DNA from: Oscillatoriales cyanobacterium
Lineage (GTDB): Bacteria; Cyanobacteriota; Cyanobacteriia; Cyanobacteriales; Laspinemataceae
NCBI GenBank assembly: GCA_011390955.1
Contig: JAABRM010000001.1
Location: 238,694 to 302,693 of the forward strand
Direction: 5' to 3'
DNA length: 64,000 nucleotides
Position 1 is the first letter of the stretch; each line of letters starts with the position of its first letter. This document shows, in pieces, positions 40,347 through 50,444 of the stretch. Under the pieces are notes generated by a model. That model did no database searches, was not told the origin of the DNA, and saw nothing but the letters and a program-made list of their open reading frames with translations. Position numbers and translations under genes: made by a program.

Positions 40347-41597
40347 TTATTCAACCAATACCCAACTTTTCATGGCGGTGTTTTTTCCTTTTAATTGATG
40401 GGTTCGGCAATGCTTAACTTCAAGCTGTTGGTTTAATCTTTGATAAACAATATCTGACACGGTAATTTCTCCGGCTAAAGTGGCACCTTCTAAACGCTTG
40501 GCGGTATTGACTACATCACCAATTACTGTATAAGTACGGACATCTTCCCCGCCAAATAATCCCTCAACTACTTCTCCGCAGTGAACCGCACAACCCGCCC
40601 CAAGCTGATAGGATGAGAGTGCTTCTTTGGCGGCTTTTTGCATGGCTTTGGCGGCGGCGATCGCTTGTTCTGGGGTTGCATAAATGGCCATAACTTCATC
40701 GGCGGTAAATGTAAGGCGTAAGGGGTGAAAATTATAGGCGGCTAATTCAGTTTTTTGATAATAATTGTTGAGAATATTAGCTACAATATCTGGTTGACTT
40801 TCTTCACACCAGGTGGTGAAGCCGCGAATATCCATAAATAATACGGATCGATCGCACCTTTGAAATTTTAATCCTTGGGGATTTTTGACCAATGTTTCTA
40901 CTACATGAGTTCCCATGCCCCACTCGGCTAAATTTCGCATAAATTCGTATGTTTTATTCAGTTCTTCCTGCTGCATAACAATTTGCAATCGCTGAAATCC
41001 TAGTAATAGCCCAATTAATACTAGACTGCTAGTTAGAAATACATGGGTATTTTTATCCGTAAACCAATCGATCATTTTTGTGTCGATCGAGTACCCGGCA
41101 TTTTCTCCCGATCTAACCACTAAATAAAATGCTAAAACCATCAGCATTCGCACTACACTTTCTAAGGGAATAATCCAGCGTTGTAGGGCATTTTTCCAGC
41201 GATCGCGGGCAAATTGAAGTCCGGCAATGGCTAAAGAAAACAGCCAAAATACTACATGGGATGATTCTTGAAAAAATTCACTACCATCAACAGGCAAATC
41301 AACTAATGTGTAAATAGTCACGCCGATTAAATTACCCAATAGCGGGAAAGAATTCGGCCTCGATAAGTAAGCAGTTTGAATCAGCATTGCCACAATCAGC
41401 AGATAATCTGTTGGGTCATGGAGGAAATCCTGCCAACCGTAAATAGCAATATCTGATAAATTTTTCAAGACCAAAAAATGTCCGCTGTTGCCTAGAAATT
41501 CCCCTATAAAAGCAGATAAGCGATCGCTGCACTTTGCCGGGAGATGAATTTTTTGGATAATTTGGATAATTTGGCTAAATTTGGCAATTTTAGGCAT
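40347..41597 (-). CDS. cya: Membrane-anchored class III adenylate/guanylate cyclase
   Basis: N-terminal multi-TM region, then a CHD domain: VLFMDIRGFTTWCE...GDEVMAIY...VHCGEVVEGLFGG...YTVIGDVVNTAKRLEG. Confidence 0.8.
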   Translation of the reverse strand: MPKIAKFSQIIQIIQKIHLPAKCSDRLSAFIGEFLGNSGHFLVLKNLSDIAIYGWQDFLHDPTDYLLIVAMLIQTAYLSRPNSFPLLGNLIGVTIYTLVDLPVDGSEFFQESSHVVFWLFSLAIAGLQFARDRWKNALQRWIIPLESVVRMLMVLAFYLVVRSGENAGYSIDTKMIDWFTDKNTHVFLTSSLVLIGLLLGFQRLQIVMQQEELNKTYEFMRNLAEWGMGTHVVETLVKNPQGLKFQRCDRSVLFMDIRGFTTWCEESQPDIVANILNNYYQKTELAAYNFHPLRLTFTADEVMAIYATPEQAIAAAKAMQKAAKEALSSYQLGAGCAVHCGEVVEGLFGGEDVRTYTVIGDVVNTAKRLEGATLAGEITVSDIVYQRLNQQLEVKHCRTHQLKGKNTAMKSWVLVE

Positions 41598-41697
41598 TGA
41601 TAAATCCCCTGAACCCCATGAAATATCCCTGAACCGAAAAAACTGAATATTTTTAGATGCATCGTCCTAAAAGATAGTAATTTTTGGATAATTTTGC

Positions 41698-42369
41698 TTA
41701 AATTTCGACCCATTGCCGCAGTAAGTTGGCGTGGGTTTTGCAGAGTAAATCAAATTCTACGGTTTTGCCATATTGCTCAAATATTGACTTTCTCACCGTA
41801 TCGAGTTCAAAGAGAATTTCTCGTTGTTGAACATCACGAACCAAACTTTGAACCCAAGTGACCGCAGCGAAACGAATTCCCTGGGTTACTTCAGTAACTT
41901 GATGGAGAAATGTAGAAGGATAAACAATCATTGACCCAGCTTGTAGTTTAAAAGATTGTTCTCCAAGACTGGTATCGATGACTAATTCACCGCCTTGATA
42001 GGTGTCTGGATCGCTGAGAAATAAAGTTAGAGATACATCCGATCGCACCAATTCTCGATCGCCCATAATGGCATTATCGGTGTGCCAACCATAAGACATT
42101 CCCGGTTCATAACGACTAAATAAAATTGGCCGAATTGTTTTGGGACGAACGGAGGCTTTAAATAGGGGATTTTGGGCGATCGCATTATGCACAATTTCCC
42201 TCACCTTTTTGGCGGCATCCGTATCTCCTTTCAATTGATAGTTATCTTTAACGGTTTTCGCATACATCCCAGCGGTGAATTTACCATCAACAAACTCAGC
42301 ATCTTTGAGAATGCGATGAATTTCTTCTATCTGTTCTGGGTTGAGAACGCGATCGATACATAAAATCAT
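41698..42369 (-). CDS. PKHD-type Fe(II)/2-oxoglutarate hydroxylase (YbiX/PiuC-like)
   Basis: YGWHTDNA...GGELVI...YPSTFLHQVTEVTQGIRFAAVTW is a HxD...H 2OG-oxygenase jelly-roll pattern. Confidence 0.7.
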   Translation of the reverse strand: MILCIDRVLNPEQIEEIHRILKDAEFVDGKFTAGMYAKTVKDNYQLKGDTDAAKKVREIVHNAIAQNPLFKASVRPKTIRPILFSRYEPGMSYGWHTDNAIMGDRELVRSDVSLTLFLSDPDTYQGGELVIDTSLGEQSFKLQAGSMIVYPSTFLHQVTEVTQGIRFAAVTWVQSLVRDVQQREILFELDTVRKSIFEQYGKTVEFDLLCKTHANLLRQWVEI

Positions 42370-42664
42370 GGGATTAATGCCAAATTTAGCTAAAAAAGAT
42401 TGATGATTTTATCTGGATTAATGATTTGAAAATATAGGTAGGGATACCCTAGCCACGATATAGCGGTTATGATCCCGATGAAGTACAGAGTTTTTCTGGA
42501 TTCTAGCGGGCGCGGGAATGACTTTTTTTGTACTTCATAACTCTGCCAAGTGCTATATCGGATTCAAGACTAGGAAAATCCCCAAGCAAATCAAATTGTT
42601 GTTATCAAATGATGGTTAAGATGGTTCAATGGTTGCCACGAAACAAAACAAAAGTGGCAATGCA

Positions 42665-43012
42665 CTAAGATTCACCACCTTCGCCATCTTGGTCATCTTC
42701 GTCGTCTTCGCCATCTTGGTCATCTTCGCCATCTTCGCCATTTTGGTCATCTTGGCCATTTTCGCCATTTTCGCCACCCCCTTGAGGACTGGTAGAACCG
42801 GGCGCAGTTTGAGGGGTTCCCCCGGTTGCACCTGGATTGGGAGTGGTAGAAGCTGGGGCGGTTGGATCCCCTCCTTCTTCGCCACCATCTTGAGTGGTAG
42901 AAGCTGGGGAAGTTGGTTGTCCTTCTGTCTGACCACCGGGCTGACTGGAACAGGCCGCCACGGTTGTCGCTAGGCCAAGACTGAGAAATAGTGCAACTGC
43001 TTTAGATTTCAT
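42665..43012 (-). CDS. Putative lipoprotein with acidic low-complexity tail
   Basis: MKSKAVALFLSLGLATTVAAC has a lipobox-like VAAC, followed by a Gly/Glu/Asp/Thr/Pro-rich sequence. Chosen over two overlapping alternative-frame ORFs (42616..42936, 42629..42973). Confidence 0.45.
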   Translation of the reverse strand: MKSKAVALFLSLGLATTVAACSSQPGGQTEGQPTSPASTTQDGGEEGGDPTAPASTTPNPGATGGTPQTAPGSTSPQGGGENGENGQDDQNGEDGEDDQDGEDDEDDQDGEGGES

Positions 43013-43316
43013 AGCCAATTTGTGAACGTGATTATTACTGGTCATACCAAATCCGGTTGTTAAAACCCGTTTATCAGGTCAGATGTCATTCCCGCGAAGG
43101 CGGGAATCCACAAGCGTTTTAGGTAACGATCATAGTCAGTATATGAGAACCGGATTTGGTATCAGAAGCGATCATAAGGTAATTGTAGAAAACAAATAGT
43201 AAAAATCTGGGAAAGAAAGAAAACGGGTTTCTGGGATAACTTCTGGGGTAAAACCGAGATTTAATTAAGAAACCCGGTTTCTAGACCCCGCGCCGGTTTT
43301 TGGGCGATCGCTCTGG

Positions 43317-44768
43317 TCACGGTAGGGGGATTTTCACCTGAAAACAGCTTCCTTGACCGAGTTGGCTATGTACGGTGATGTCGCCGCCATGAGTCTGGGC
43401 GATGGTTTTGGCGATCGCCAGTCCCAAGCCCGATCCTCCTTGATGTTGGCTTCTGGCTTGGTCTGCCCGCCAAAAGCGATCGAATATATGGGGCAATTGG
43501 TTGGAGGCAATACCAATGCCGGTGTCTTCAATGCGAATTAGGGCATGGGTGCGGCTGCGCTGCAATGAGACGGTGACGGTGCCCCCAGATGGGGTGTATT
43601 GCAAGGCATTGGCTAACAAATTGGTGAATAGACGAAATAACTGAGAGGGATCCGCATCGACCTCTAGGTTGGGGACAAGCAGAGATTGCAGTTTGAGGTT
43701 TGCCTCCTCTGCCCGATCGCTGTACAAATCTACCAAGTCTTCTAATATTTCATCCAGGGGAATTTGTCGCCATGCCGCGCGATCGGGGGCTTGGCGATCC
43801 ATGCGAGCCAATAATAGCAAATCGTCAACCAGTTGGCTCATTTGGGCTGACGCAGAGGCGATCGCCTTCAGCTTGTCCACGTCAGCAGGATGAACTCGTT
43901 CTGGGTGACTTTGCATCACCGCGATCGATGCCCGAATTGCCGTCAATGGGCTTCGCAATTCATGAGAAGCATCCGAGGTAAATTGTTTCAGTTGCTCAAA
44001 ACTTTGCAAAATTGGCTTGAGTGACTCGCTCACGAGCCAAAAGCCGCCCACTGTCACCAGTCCAGAAACAATCGCGACTCCAGCCATTAACCCTTGCTGA
44101 AACCGACGCAACTCAGCGTTTAACGAATCCATTGATTTGGTGGCTCGCACATAGCCTAATAATTGCTCTGGTTTTGATTGCTCTGATTTTGCCGCCGCAT
44201 AAACCGGCAAAATGAAACTACGAGTATTTCCCTGTTCAATAATTTGTCCTTTTGGGGATACAATTTTCGGCAAAGATTCTGGGGGTAAAAAGTTCCCTTC
44301 CCGCACCATTAACTCTTGTTTGCGATCGAACCATTCGACCCCTTGCTCGGTCGATATTAGGGGATTAGTCACAAAATCGGGAATGGACTTGGCTTGATAT
44401 TTATCCATCAGTTGAGATAAGCTAATGGGCAGAAAATTGCCATCAGCATCCCTGGGAATATATCCTTTATATTCCTCTTCTGTGGTTAGTTCTTCATATT
44501 CATGTTCAATAATTTCTAAGGTGCTGGCAGATGCAGCCGCAATCTGACGCAAAGAGGCATTTAATTGTTCATGGCGATCGCGGGCAACGAGAGCATAAAC
44601 CGCCGTAGAAAATGCCCCTAAAATCGTGGCAATTACCAACAAATACGACAGCAGCAGCCGAGTTTGTAATTTGCTAAACTGTTCTTTAGAGATTTGCTTA
44701 GAAATTTGCTTAGAGATTTGCTTAGATATTTGCTTAGATATTTGCTTATACCATTTACAAAAATTCAT
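43317..44768 (-). CDS. Sensor histidine kinase (HisKA + HATPase_c), N-terminal (QISK)n repeat
   Basis: FTSDASHELRSPLTAIRASIAV is an H-box. C-terminal N/G1/G2 boxes (LANALQYTP...EDTGIGI...GGSGLGLAIAK). Start uncertain: the ORF track's Met at 44810 lies inside a MITE. Confidence 0.8.
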   Translation of the reverse strand: MNFCKWYKQISKQISKQISKQISKQISKEQFSKLQTRLLLSYLLVIATILGAFSTAVYALVARDRHEQLNASLRQIAAASASTLEIIEHEYEELTTEEEYKGYIPRDADGNFLPISLSQLMDKYQAKSIPDFVTNPLISTEQGVEWFDRKQELMVREGNFLPPESLPKIVSPKGQIIEQGNTRSFILPVYAAAKSEQSKPEQLLGYVRATKSMDSLNAELRRFQQGLMAGVAIVSGLVTVGGFWLVSESLKPILQSFEQLKQFTSDASHELRSPLTAIRASIAVMQSHPERVHPADVDKLKAIASASAQMSQLVDDLLLLARMDRQAPDRAAWRQIPLDEILEDLVDLYSDRAEEANLKLQSLLVPNLEVDADPSQLFRLFTNLLANALQYTPSGGTVTVSLQRSRTHALIRIEDTGIGIASNQLPHIFDRFWRADQARSQHQGGSGLGLAIAKTIAQTHGGDITVHSQLGQGSCFQVKIPLP

Positions 44769-44900
44769 CCCACAGCCCCTAACATTCTTCGGGTGGGCAA
44801 AAATATTCACCCCACCTTACCATATATGATGGTGGATTTTTGCCCACCCTACAATATAAATCCTTAGATATTTGCTTAGATATTTGCTTAGATATTTGCT
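44684..44900. repeat. (TTGCTTAGATAT)n 12-bp tandem repeat interrupted by a GGGTGGGCAAAA-family MITE (44762..44858)
   Basis: The 12-mer repeats ~6 times at 44684..44750 and ~4 times at 44862..44900. The MITE lies between them. Confidence 0.8.
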
Positions 44901-45577
44901 TAGATATTAACATTGAGTCGATATCCCAAACCATAAACGTTTTCAATAAAATTTGCCGGAGCCCCAGCCGCCTTCAGCTTTTGGCGCAAACTGCGTAAAT
45001 GCACTTTCACGGTTTCTTCTCCGGGCATATCTTCAAAAGCCCAGACTCGTTCTAAAATTACACTACGGCTGAGAACGCGACTGCCATTGCGTAAAAATAA
45101 CTCTAACAAAGCATATTCTTTCGGTGTTAAAGTTAATGGTTTATCTTCGTAGATTACCTGACATTCATTGGGATTTAGCCTTAATTTTTCCCACTCCAAA
45201 ATCGGCGAAAATTTGACCGTTTCCCGGCGTAACAGCGCCCGAATTCTCGCTAACAATTCAGGCAAATCAAACGGCTTGACCACATAGTCATCAGCCCCCA
45301 CATCTAATCCTAACACTTTATCGCTGCTAGTATCTCTGGCAGTCAGCATCAAAATCGGGGTTTTATTTCCGGCGTTTCTTAGCTGCCGACATAAGGAAAT
45401 TCCATCGAGTTTGGGCAGCATTAGATCGAGAATAATTAAGTCAAAAGCGTTGGTTTCCGCAAAAGTCAACCCCAATTCACCATCGCTGGCAATTTCTACT
45501 ACATAGCGGCGATCGCTTAAAGCTTCGGCGATCGGCCCCGAAATCCGCACGTCATCTTCAATTAACAGGATTTTCAT
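44900..45577 (-). CDS. OmpR-family response regulator
   Basis: MKILLIEDD...DLIILDLMLPKLDG...ILMLTA receiver domain, plus a winged-helix C-terminus (VHLRSLRQKL...YGLGYRL). Confidence 0.9.
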   Translation of the reverse strand: MKILLIEDDVRISGPIAEALSDRRYVVEIASDGELGLTFAETNAFDLIILDLMLPKLDGISLCRQLRNAGNKTPILMLTARDTSSDKVLGLDVGADDYVVKPFDLPELLARIRALLRRETVKFSPILEWEKLRLNPNECQVIYEDKPLTLTPKEYALLELFLRNGSRVLSRSVILERVWAFEDMPGEETVKVHLRSLRQKLKAAGAPANFIENVYGLGYRLNVNI

Positions 45578-45802
45578 AAGCGATAATTTTCACAGGAAAA
45601 AGAAACTGGGTTTCTGCGATAATTTTGACATAAAAGCAGAGGTTTAATTAAAAAACCGGGTTTCTGTGGTGCTAACTACCGTTAACTTTTGTTGCCAATA
45701 AGAAACCCGGTTTCTGGATCCTTTCAATCAGAAACCCGGTTTCTGACGAATCGGGTTTATTCTGGTGAGTTATAATTTAGTTGACAAATTACAAAAAACA
45801 CT

Positions 45803-46012
45803 ATGACTGAAATCACCATAGACGAAACTAAACTGAAAGAATTACTCAAAGCCGCAATCGTTGAGTTACTCCAAGAACAACAAGAAGAGTTTTCGGAAAT
45901 TTTAGCGGAAGCCCTAGAAGATATTGCGATGAAAAATGCGATTAAAGAAGGCGAAAATAGTGAGACAGTCAGCCGCGATGCTATTTTTAAAATACTCCAG
46001 AACAAACCATGA
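45803..46012 (+). CDS. Antitoxin-like small acidic protein
   Basis: 69-aa ORF whose stop overlaps (ATGA) the RelE/ParE-like gene start. Confidence 0.5.
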   Translation: MTEITIDETKLKELLKAAIVELLQEQQEEFSEILAEALEDIAMKNAIKEGENSETVSRDAIFKILQNKP

Positions 46013-46275
46013 AAATTGAGTTTAAAAAAAGTTTTGAAAAAGATTTGCTCAATATTCTTGAGGCAGATTTATATCAAAGAATTCAGCAAGTAATTGCCGA
46101 AGTTGAAACCGCCGAAAACTTGAGGGAAATTAGGAATGTAAAAAAACTTAAAGGCGAGGAAGACTACTATCGTATTAGAGTAGGAGATTATCGAGTAGGT
46201 ATTAAACTCAACGATGGGGTGGCTTATTTTGTCAGAATACTGCACCGAAAAGAGATTTACCGAAACTTTCCGTAA
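46009..46275 (+). CDS. RelE/ParE-family toxin
   Basis: ...DYYRIRVGDYRVGIKLNDGVAYFVRILHRKEIY is a RelE/ParE C-terminal signature. Confidence 0.7.
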   Translation: MKIEFKKSFEKDLLNILEADLYQRIQQVIAEVETAENLREIRNVKKLKGEEDYYRIRVGDYRVGIKLNDGVAYFVRILHRKEIYRNFP

Positions 46276-46413
46276 ACTGGAGAAAAGAAACCGGGTTTCT
46301 GTTCTGCTAATGTAGGGGCGTTAGGCGAAGCCCATGCCGTCAGGCTATATGGCCATTCGCCCCTACGTTTTCAAAAAAGAAACCCGGTTTCTGGATTCAG
46401 TGATGGCGATCGC

Positions 46414-46784
46414 TTAAGGATCAATCATTCTTTTAAGTCCCGTTAAAATGGGCTCGTATTCTTCGGGAGTTAGTCTTCCCCAATACTCTGTAATTCTGGT
46501 GACATCTAAAACCCCGATCTGATCTAATAACGCAATAGATGGCTGACGTAATCCATTCCGGCGGTAAATTTAGGATATAAATCAGGAGAATCATTCGCCC
46601 ATGCTTGCCCTCGATCGCTGGTAATTGGCACCAAAATGACTAATGGAAAACGTGGATTTCCGATTCGATTGGGCAACCCAACTACAATTGCCGGTCGTTG
46701 TCCTTCTTGTTCATGGGCTTGAGGATTTTGTTGGGGAAATCGCGCCGTAACAATATCGCCAATTTGTAAAGATAAAATGCTCAT
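46414..46784 (-). pseudogene. PemK/MazF-family toxin, frameshifted
   Basis: MSILSLQIGDIVTARFP...QRPAIVVGLPN...PLVILVPITSD...DLYPKFTAG then stops. The adjacent frame continues NGLRQPSIALLDQIGVLDVTRITEYWGRLTPEEYEPILTGLKRMIDP to a stop at 46414. The shift is consistent with a 1-nt loss in an A-run at ~46528. Confidence 0.6.
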
Positions 46785-47053
46785 TCTTCTCCTATAACTA
46801 AGCCAACACCTTCCACATAATTCACCGGCTGACCCGATCCTAATTCTCCCGGTTGCCATTCGTAAGCATCGTATTCACTTAGCCGAGATAAATCTTGATT
46901 TAACCAAGCATCTTCCGCGTCTGATTCGAGGATTTGGTCTAAACCGAATTTAGAAATTAATTGCTCGATGCGTTCAAATTCAGCAATGGGAATTTGCACG
47001 GCGATCGCCTGTTGATTTTCATCAACCACATAACTTTTATTGATTTTTAACAT
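46781..47053 (-). CDS. Antitoxin-like protein upstream of the PemK-like pseudogene
   Basis: 90-aa ORF (MLKINKSYVVDENQQAIAVQIPIAEFERIEQLI...) abutting the toxin start. Confidence 0.5.
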   Translation of the reverse strand: MLKINKSYVVDENQQAIAVQIPIAEFERIEQLISKFGLDQILESDAEDAWLNQDLSRLSEYDAYEWQPGELGSGQPVNYVEGVGLVIGEE

Positions 47054-47099
47054 CAGACAAAATGCTCCTTAACTTATGGGAAAAAACTGAGTCTGCTTA

Positions 47100-47250
47100 A
47101 GCCAAAAAAAACTGGTTTTTGCTATGGAGAAAAAAAACCGGGTTTTTGGAGAAAAGAAACCGGGTTTCTGTGGTGCTAATTACAGTTAACTGTTGTTGCC
47201 AAAAAGAAACCCGGTTTCTGAAACCCCAAAAATAAACCCGGTTTCTACCC
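47100..47250. repeat. GAAACCCGGTTTC-family MITE copies (includes the ~65-bp 'tgtggtgctaattacagttaac' variant)
   Basis: agaaaccgggtttctgtggtgctaattacagttaactgttgttgccaaaaagaaacccggtttctg. Near-identical elements at 45650..45720, 50205..50265, 50340..50410, 55975..56040 and 56563..56630. Confidence 0.8.
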
Positions 47251-47261
47251 GGTGTCTGGGT

Positions 47262-48551
47262 CTATTTAGGCACTCCAGAAGTTAAAATATCATGGCCTTC
47301 CGCAGTGACTAAAACATCATCCTCAATCCGAATACCAATGCCGCGCCAACGGTCAGGGATTTCCGGTTGCCCTTCCACGGGTTTTGTGGTCGCCCCGATA
47401 TAAATTCCCGGTTCTACAGTGAGCACATTTCCTGGTTGTAAAGGATAGGGATTTTCGCCATATTGATAAACCCCTACATCATGCACATCTAGCCCTAACC
47501 AATGACCAGTCCGATGCATATAAAATGGTTTATATTTTTCCTCTTTAATAATTTCTTCTATGTCACCCATTAAGAGCCCTAAATCTAGCAATCCTTCTAC
47601 TAATATTCTCACCGCTGTTTCGTGGACTTGATTGTAAGGATTGCCCGGTTTTACTTGAGCGATCGCCTTTTCTTGGGCTTCTAAAACGATGTCATAGATG
47701 ATTTTTTGTTCGGGAGTAAATTGGCCATTTACCGGAAAAGTGCGAGTAATATCCGCATTGTAATAATTGTATGCACAGCCCGCATCAATTAACAATAAAT
47801 CCCCGTCTTGGAGTTGGCGATTGTTTTCCACATAGTGCAAAATACAGCTATTTTGCCCAGAGGCAATAATCGAAGGATAAGCAGGGCCATTGCCGCCATG
47901 TTTGCGAAAAATATAGTCCATTTCCGCTTGAATTTCATATTCATAGCGTCCGGGTTTAGCAAATTCGCGGGCATGGTTATGGGCCTCTACGGAAATAGCC
48001 GCCGCTTTTCGCATTAATTCTAATTCCGCCATACTTTTAATTTGGCGCATGGGGTTAAGAATTGTGCCAGAGTCTTGAATGGCGATCGGGCCTGTACCCC
48101 GCTTGGGATAAGTGGTCATTAACCGTTGCCAAATTTTGACAATGGTTTCATTAAAGTTGCGATCGCGGCCAAAATGATAATAAATGCGATCGGCTTCCAG
48201 CAAATATTGGGGCAATTTTTCATTTAATTCGCTAATGGGATAAGCTTCATCAGCCCCATAACGTTCTTTAGCCCCTTCCACCCCTGTGCGGTATCCCGTC
48301 CAGACTTCTTTATCCGGGTCTTTTGGTTGGACAAACAGGACAAAACGGTGCTCTTTGTGGTGTGGCGCCAGCACAATTACCGCCTCTGGTTCATCAAACC
48401 CGGTCAAATAGAAAAAACTACTATCCTGCCGAAAAGTATATTCCACATCATTGTGCATCACCGCCAGGGGCGCACTATGAAATATAGCAGTTCCTTGACC
48501 GATTTTTTCCATCAATTGCTCGCGACGCTGACGATATTCTATAGCTACCAT
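47262..48551 (-). CDS. pepP: Xaa-Pro aminopeptidase (M24B)
   Basis: LLIDAGCAYNYYNADITRTFPV...HRTGHWLGLDVHDVG...GNVLTVEPGIY are metal-binding blocks of aminopeptidase P. Confidence 0.85.
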   Translation of the reverse strand: MVAIEYRQRREQLMEKIGQGTAIFHSAPLAVMHNDVEYTFRQDSSFFYLTGFDEPEAVIVLAPHHKEHRFVLFVQPKDPDKEVWTGYRTGVEGAKERYGADEAYPISELNEKLPQYLLEADRIYYHFGRDRNFNETIVKIWQRLMTTYPKRGTGPIAIQDSGTILNPMRQIKSMAELELMRKAAAISVEAHNHAREFAKPGRYEYEIQAEMDYIFRKHGGNGPAYPSIIASGQNSCILHYVENNRQLQDGDLLLIDAGCAYNYYNADITRTFPVNGQFTPEQKIIYDIVLEAQEKAIAQVKPGNPYNQVHETAVRILVEGLLDLGLLMGDIEEIIKEEKYKPFYMHRTGHWLGLDVHDVGVYQYGENPYPLQPGNVLTVEPGIYIGATTKPVEGQPEIPDRWRGIGIRIEDDVLVTAEGHDILTSGVPK

Positions 48552-48791
48552 AGGATGAGATGATAAATTTAATCACAAACTAATCATAAACTAAAATTTA
48601 GTTGCTCAAGTTTACAAAATCCACTCCTAATCCTGAAAAAAAACCCCGTTTCTGCTATAACTCCTGGTTTCTCGTCCAGATTTTGCGATCGATATCACCG
48701 ATAAAAGTGCTGAAAATCACCAATTTAGCGGATATAACTCAACCACTCAAGAGCAAAATTATGTTATATAGGAAGAAATTGATTTCCCAGG

Positions 48792-49010
48792 GTGCGTGTT
48801 TGTATGATGATTCATAAATTAGTTCAGTCAGCATTTCTGACTGGGGTTATGAGTGTGGAGTCCGAAGCACTTATTCGCCAAGTCTTAGCTTGGAAAGTCT
48901 ACCAGCCTTCAGATTTAACAGCCCTGCATAAGTTGTATCAAGCTATTAACAATGGCGCGATCCAACGCGAGGCTAATGGCATTTTTAATCTTCAATTACC
49001 GGCGATTTAA
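48792..49010 (+). CDS. small hypothetical protein
   Basis: 72-aa ORF. Weak support. Confidence 0.25.
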   Translation: MRVCMMIHKLVQSAFLTGVMSVESEALIRQVLAWKVYQPSDLTALHKLYQAINNGAIQREANGIFNLQLPAI

Positions 49011-49019
49011 AAAGGTTGA

Positions 49020-49340
49020 TTAAACCGTAATTAACATAATTCGGGTGGGCATTTTCCACCCTGTTTTTTTGGTAATGAATTATAGCAATTGTCTGATTTA
49101 TGAGGTACAAAAAAAACTGTCATTCCCGCGCAGGCGGGAATCCACTACGATTAACATAATTCGGGTGGCCATTTTCCACCCTGTTTTTTTGGCAATTAAT
49201 TATAGCAATTGTCTGATTTATGAAGTACAAAAAAACTGTCATTCCCGCGAAGGCGGGAATCCACTACCGGCGATTTAGCAAGGTTGATTAAACCGTAATT
49301 AACATAATTCGGGTGGGCATTTTCCACCCTGTTTTTTTGG
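49020..49340. repeat. Tandemly duplicated ~115-bp MITE-like units (2.5 copies)
   Basis: cgtaattaacataattcgggtgggcattttccaccctgtttttttgg...actgtcattcccgcgaaggcgggaatccactac is repeated. Confidence 0.75.
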
Positions 49341-49354
49341 CAATTAATGATTGA

Positions 49355-50095
49355 TTAATCATTGACGCATAAATCAGCAAATCCCAAAAATTTTACCCCA
49401 AGGGGACTAGGTTCAAACCGACAGGGTAATATTTCCATTCCACAGGCGATCGCCTCTCGTAATTTAGCGCCATAAACCGGATCGATGCTATCCCCTGGGG
49501 CAAAATGAGTGCAATCATTTCGGTTAATAAAATATAAAGTCACCGCCCGTCCCCCCGCAGCGACAATTCCCATTAACTCCTGTAAATGTTTCTGTCCTCG
49601 GGTCGTCACCGCATCAGGAAACCGGGCAATATTCCCATCAGCCCAAGTCACATTTTTTACCTCTACATAAATAGGAGAATTACCTGAATTTCCGGTCAAC
49701 AAAAAATCCACGCGACTCTTATTATCCTGACCATAACGTACCTCTGGCTTCACCGTTGTATAATCTCCTAACTGGGGAAAAATGCGGTTTTCTAATGCCA
49801 GCTTAATCACCTGATTTGGTAAACTCGTATTCACCCCCACCCAGGTAGCTTGGTGCTGATTTTTTGCCTCCACCAACTCCAAACTATAAGCTAACTTTCT
49901 CTTAGGATTATCACTGCGGGAAACCATCACCCGAACCCCCGGTTCTGATAATCCCAACATTTTCCCAGGGTTAGCACAATGGGCGGTAATTTTTTCGCCG
50001 GTTGTCAACTCAATATCAGCTAAAAAACGTTTATAGCGTTTAATCAGAATACCGGGAAATAAGGGCGGAAACGGGTAAAAAAAATCGGTCATCAT
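49355..50095 (-). CDS. sfsA: Sugar fermentation stimulation protein SfsA
   Basis: GILIKRYKRFLADIEL...AHCANPG...VYVEVKNVTWADGNIARFPDAVTTRGQKHLQEL is collinear with SfsA. The ORF-track N-terminal extension (PKRNPVSE)x3 is read-through of MITE repeats. Confidence 0.8.
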   Translation of the reverse strand: MMTDFFYPFPPLFPGILIKRYKRFLADIELTTGEKITAHCANPGKMLGLSEPGVRVMVSRSDNPKRKLAYSLELVEAKNQHQATWVGVNTSLPNQVIKLALENRIFPQLGDYTTVKPEVRYGQDNKSRVDFLLTGNSGNSPIYVEVKNVTWADGNIARFPDAVTTRGQKHLQELMGIVAAGGRAVTLYFINRNDCTHFAPGDSIDPVYGAKLREAIACGMEILPCRFEPSPLGVKFLGFADLCVND

Positions 50096-50139
50096 CAGGG
50101 TATTTTTATTAATTGATTGGTTGATTATATCACAATGTT

Positions 50140-50440
50140 CAGAAACCGGGTTTCTTTTTGGGGGTTCAGAAACCGGGTTTCTTTTTGGGGGTTCAGAAAC
50201 CGGGTTTCTTTTTGGCAAAAACAGTTAACCGTAATTACCACGACAGAAACCCGGTTTCTTTTCTCCACGAGAAACCCGGTTTCTTTTCTCCACGAGAAAC
50301 CCGGTTTCTTTTCTCCACCACAGAAACCGGGTTTCTTTTTGAGGTTCAGAAACCGGGTTTCTTTTTGGCAAAAACAGTTAACCGTAATTAGCACCACAGA
50401 AACCCGGTTTCTTTTCTCCACGACAGAAACATCGAGAATA
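50140..50440. repeat. Dense cluster of GAAACCCGGTTTC-family MITEs
   Basis: At least 10 copies of agaaaccgggtttct, including two full ~65-bp elements. All three listed ORFs here (50117..50527, 50125..50448, 50158..50391) are repeat read-throughs. Confidence 0.85.
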
Positions 50441-50444
50441 ATTT

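Noticed and set aside
42616-42973. Two alternative-frame ORFs (MVRQKDNQLP… with (MAK/MTK)n repeats, and a plus-strand ORF) overlapping 42665..43012
   Set aside because: The same low-complexity DNA is read in other frames. The frame with a signal peptide and lipobox was preferred, though this remains uncertain.
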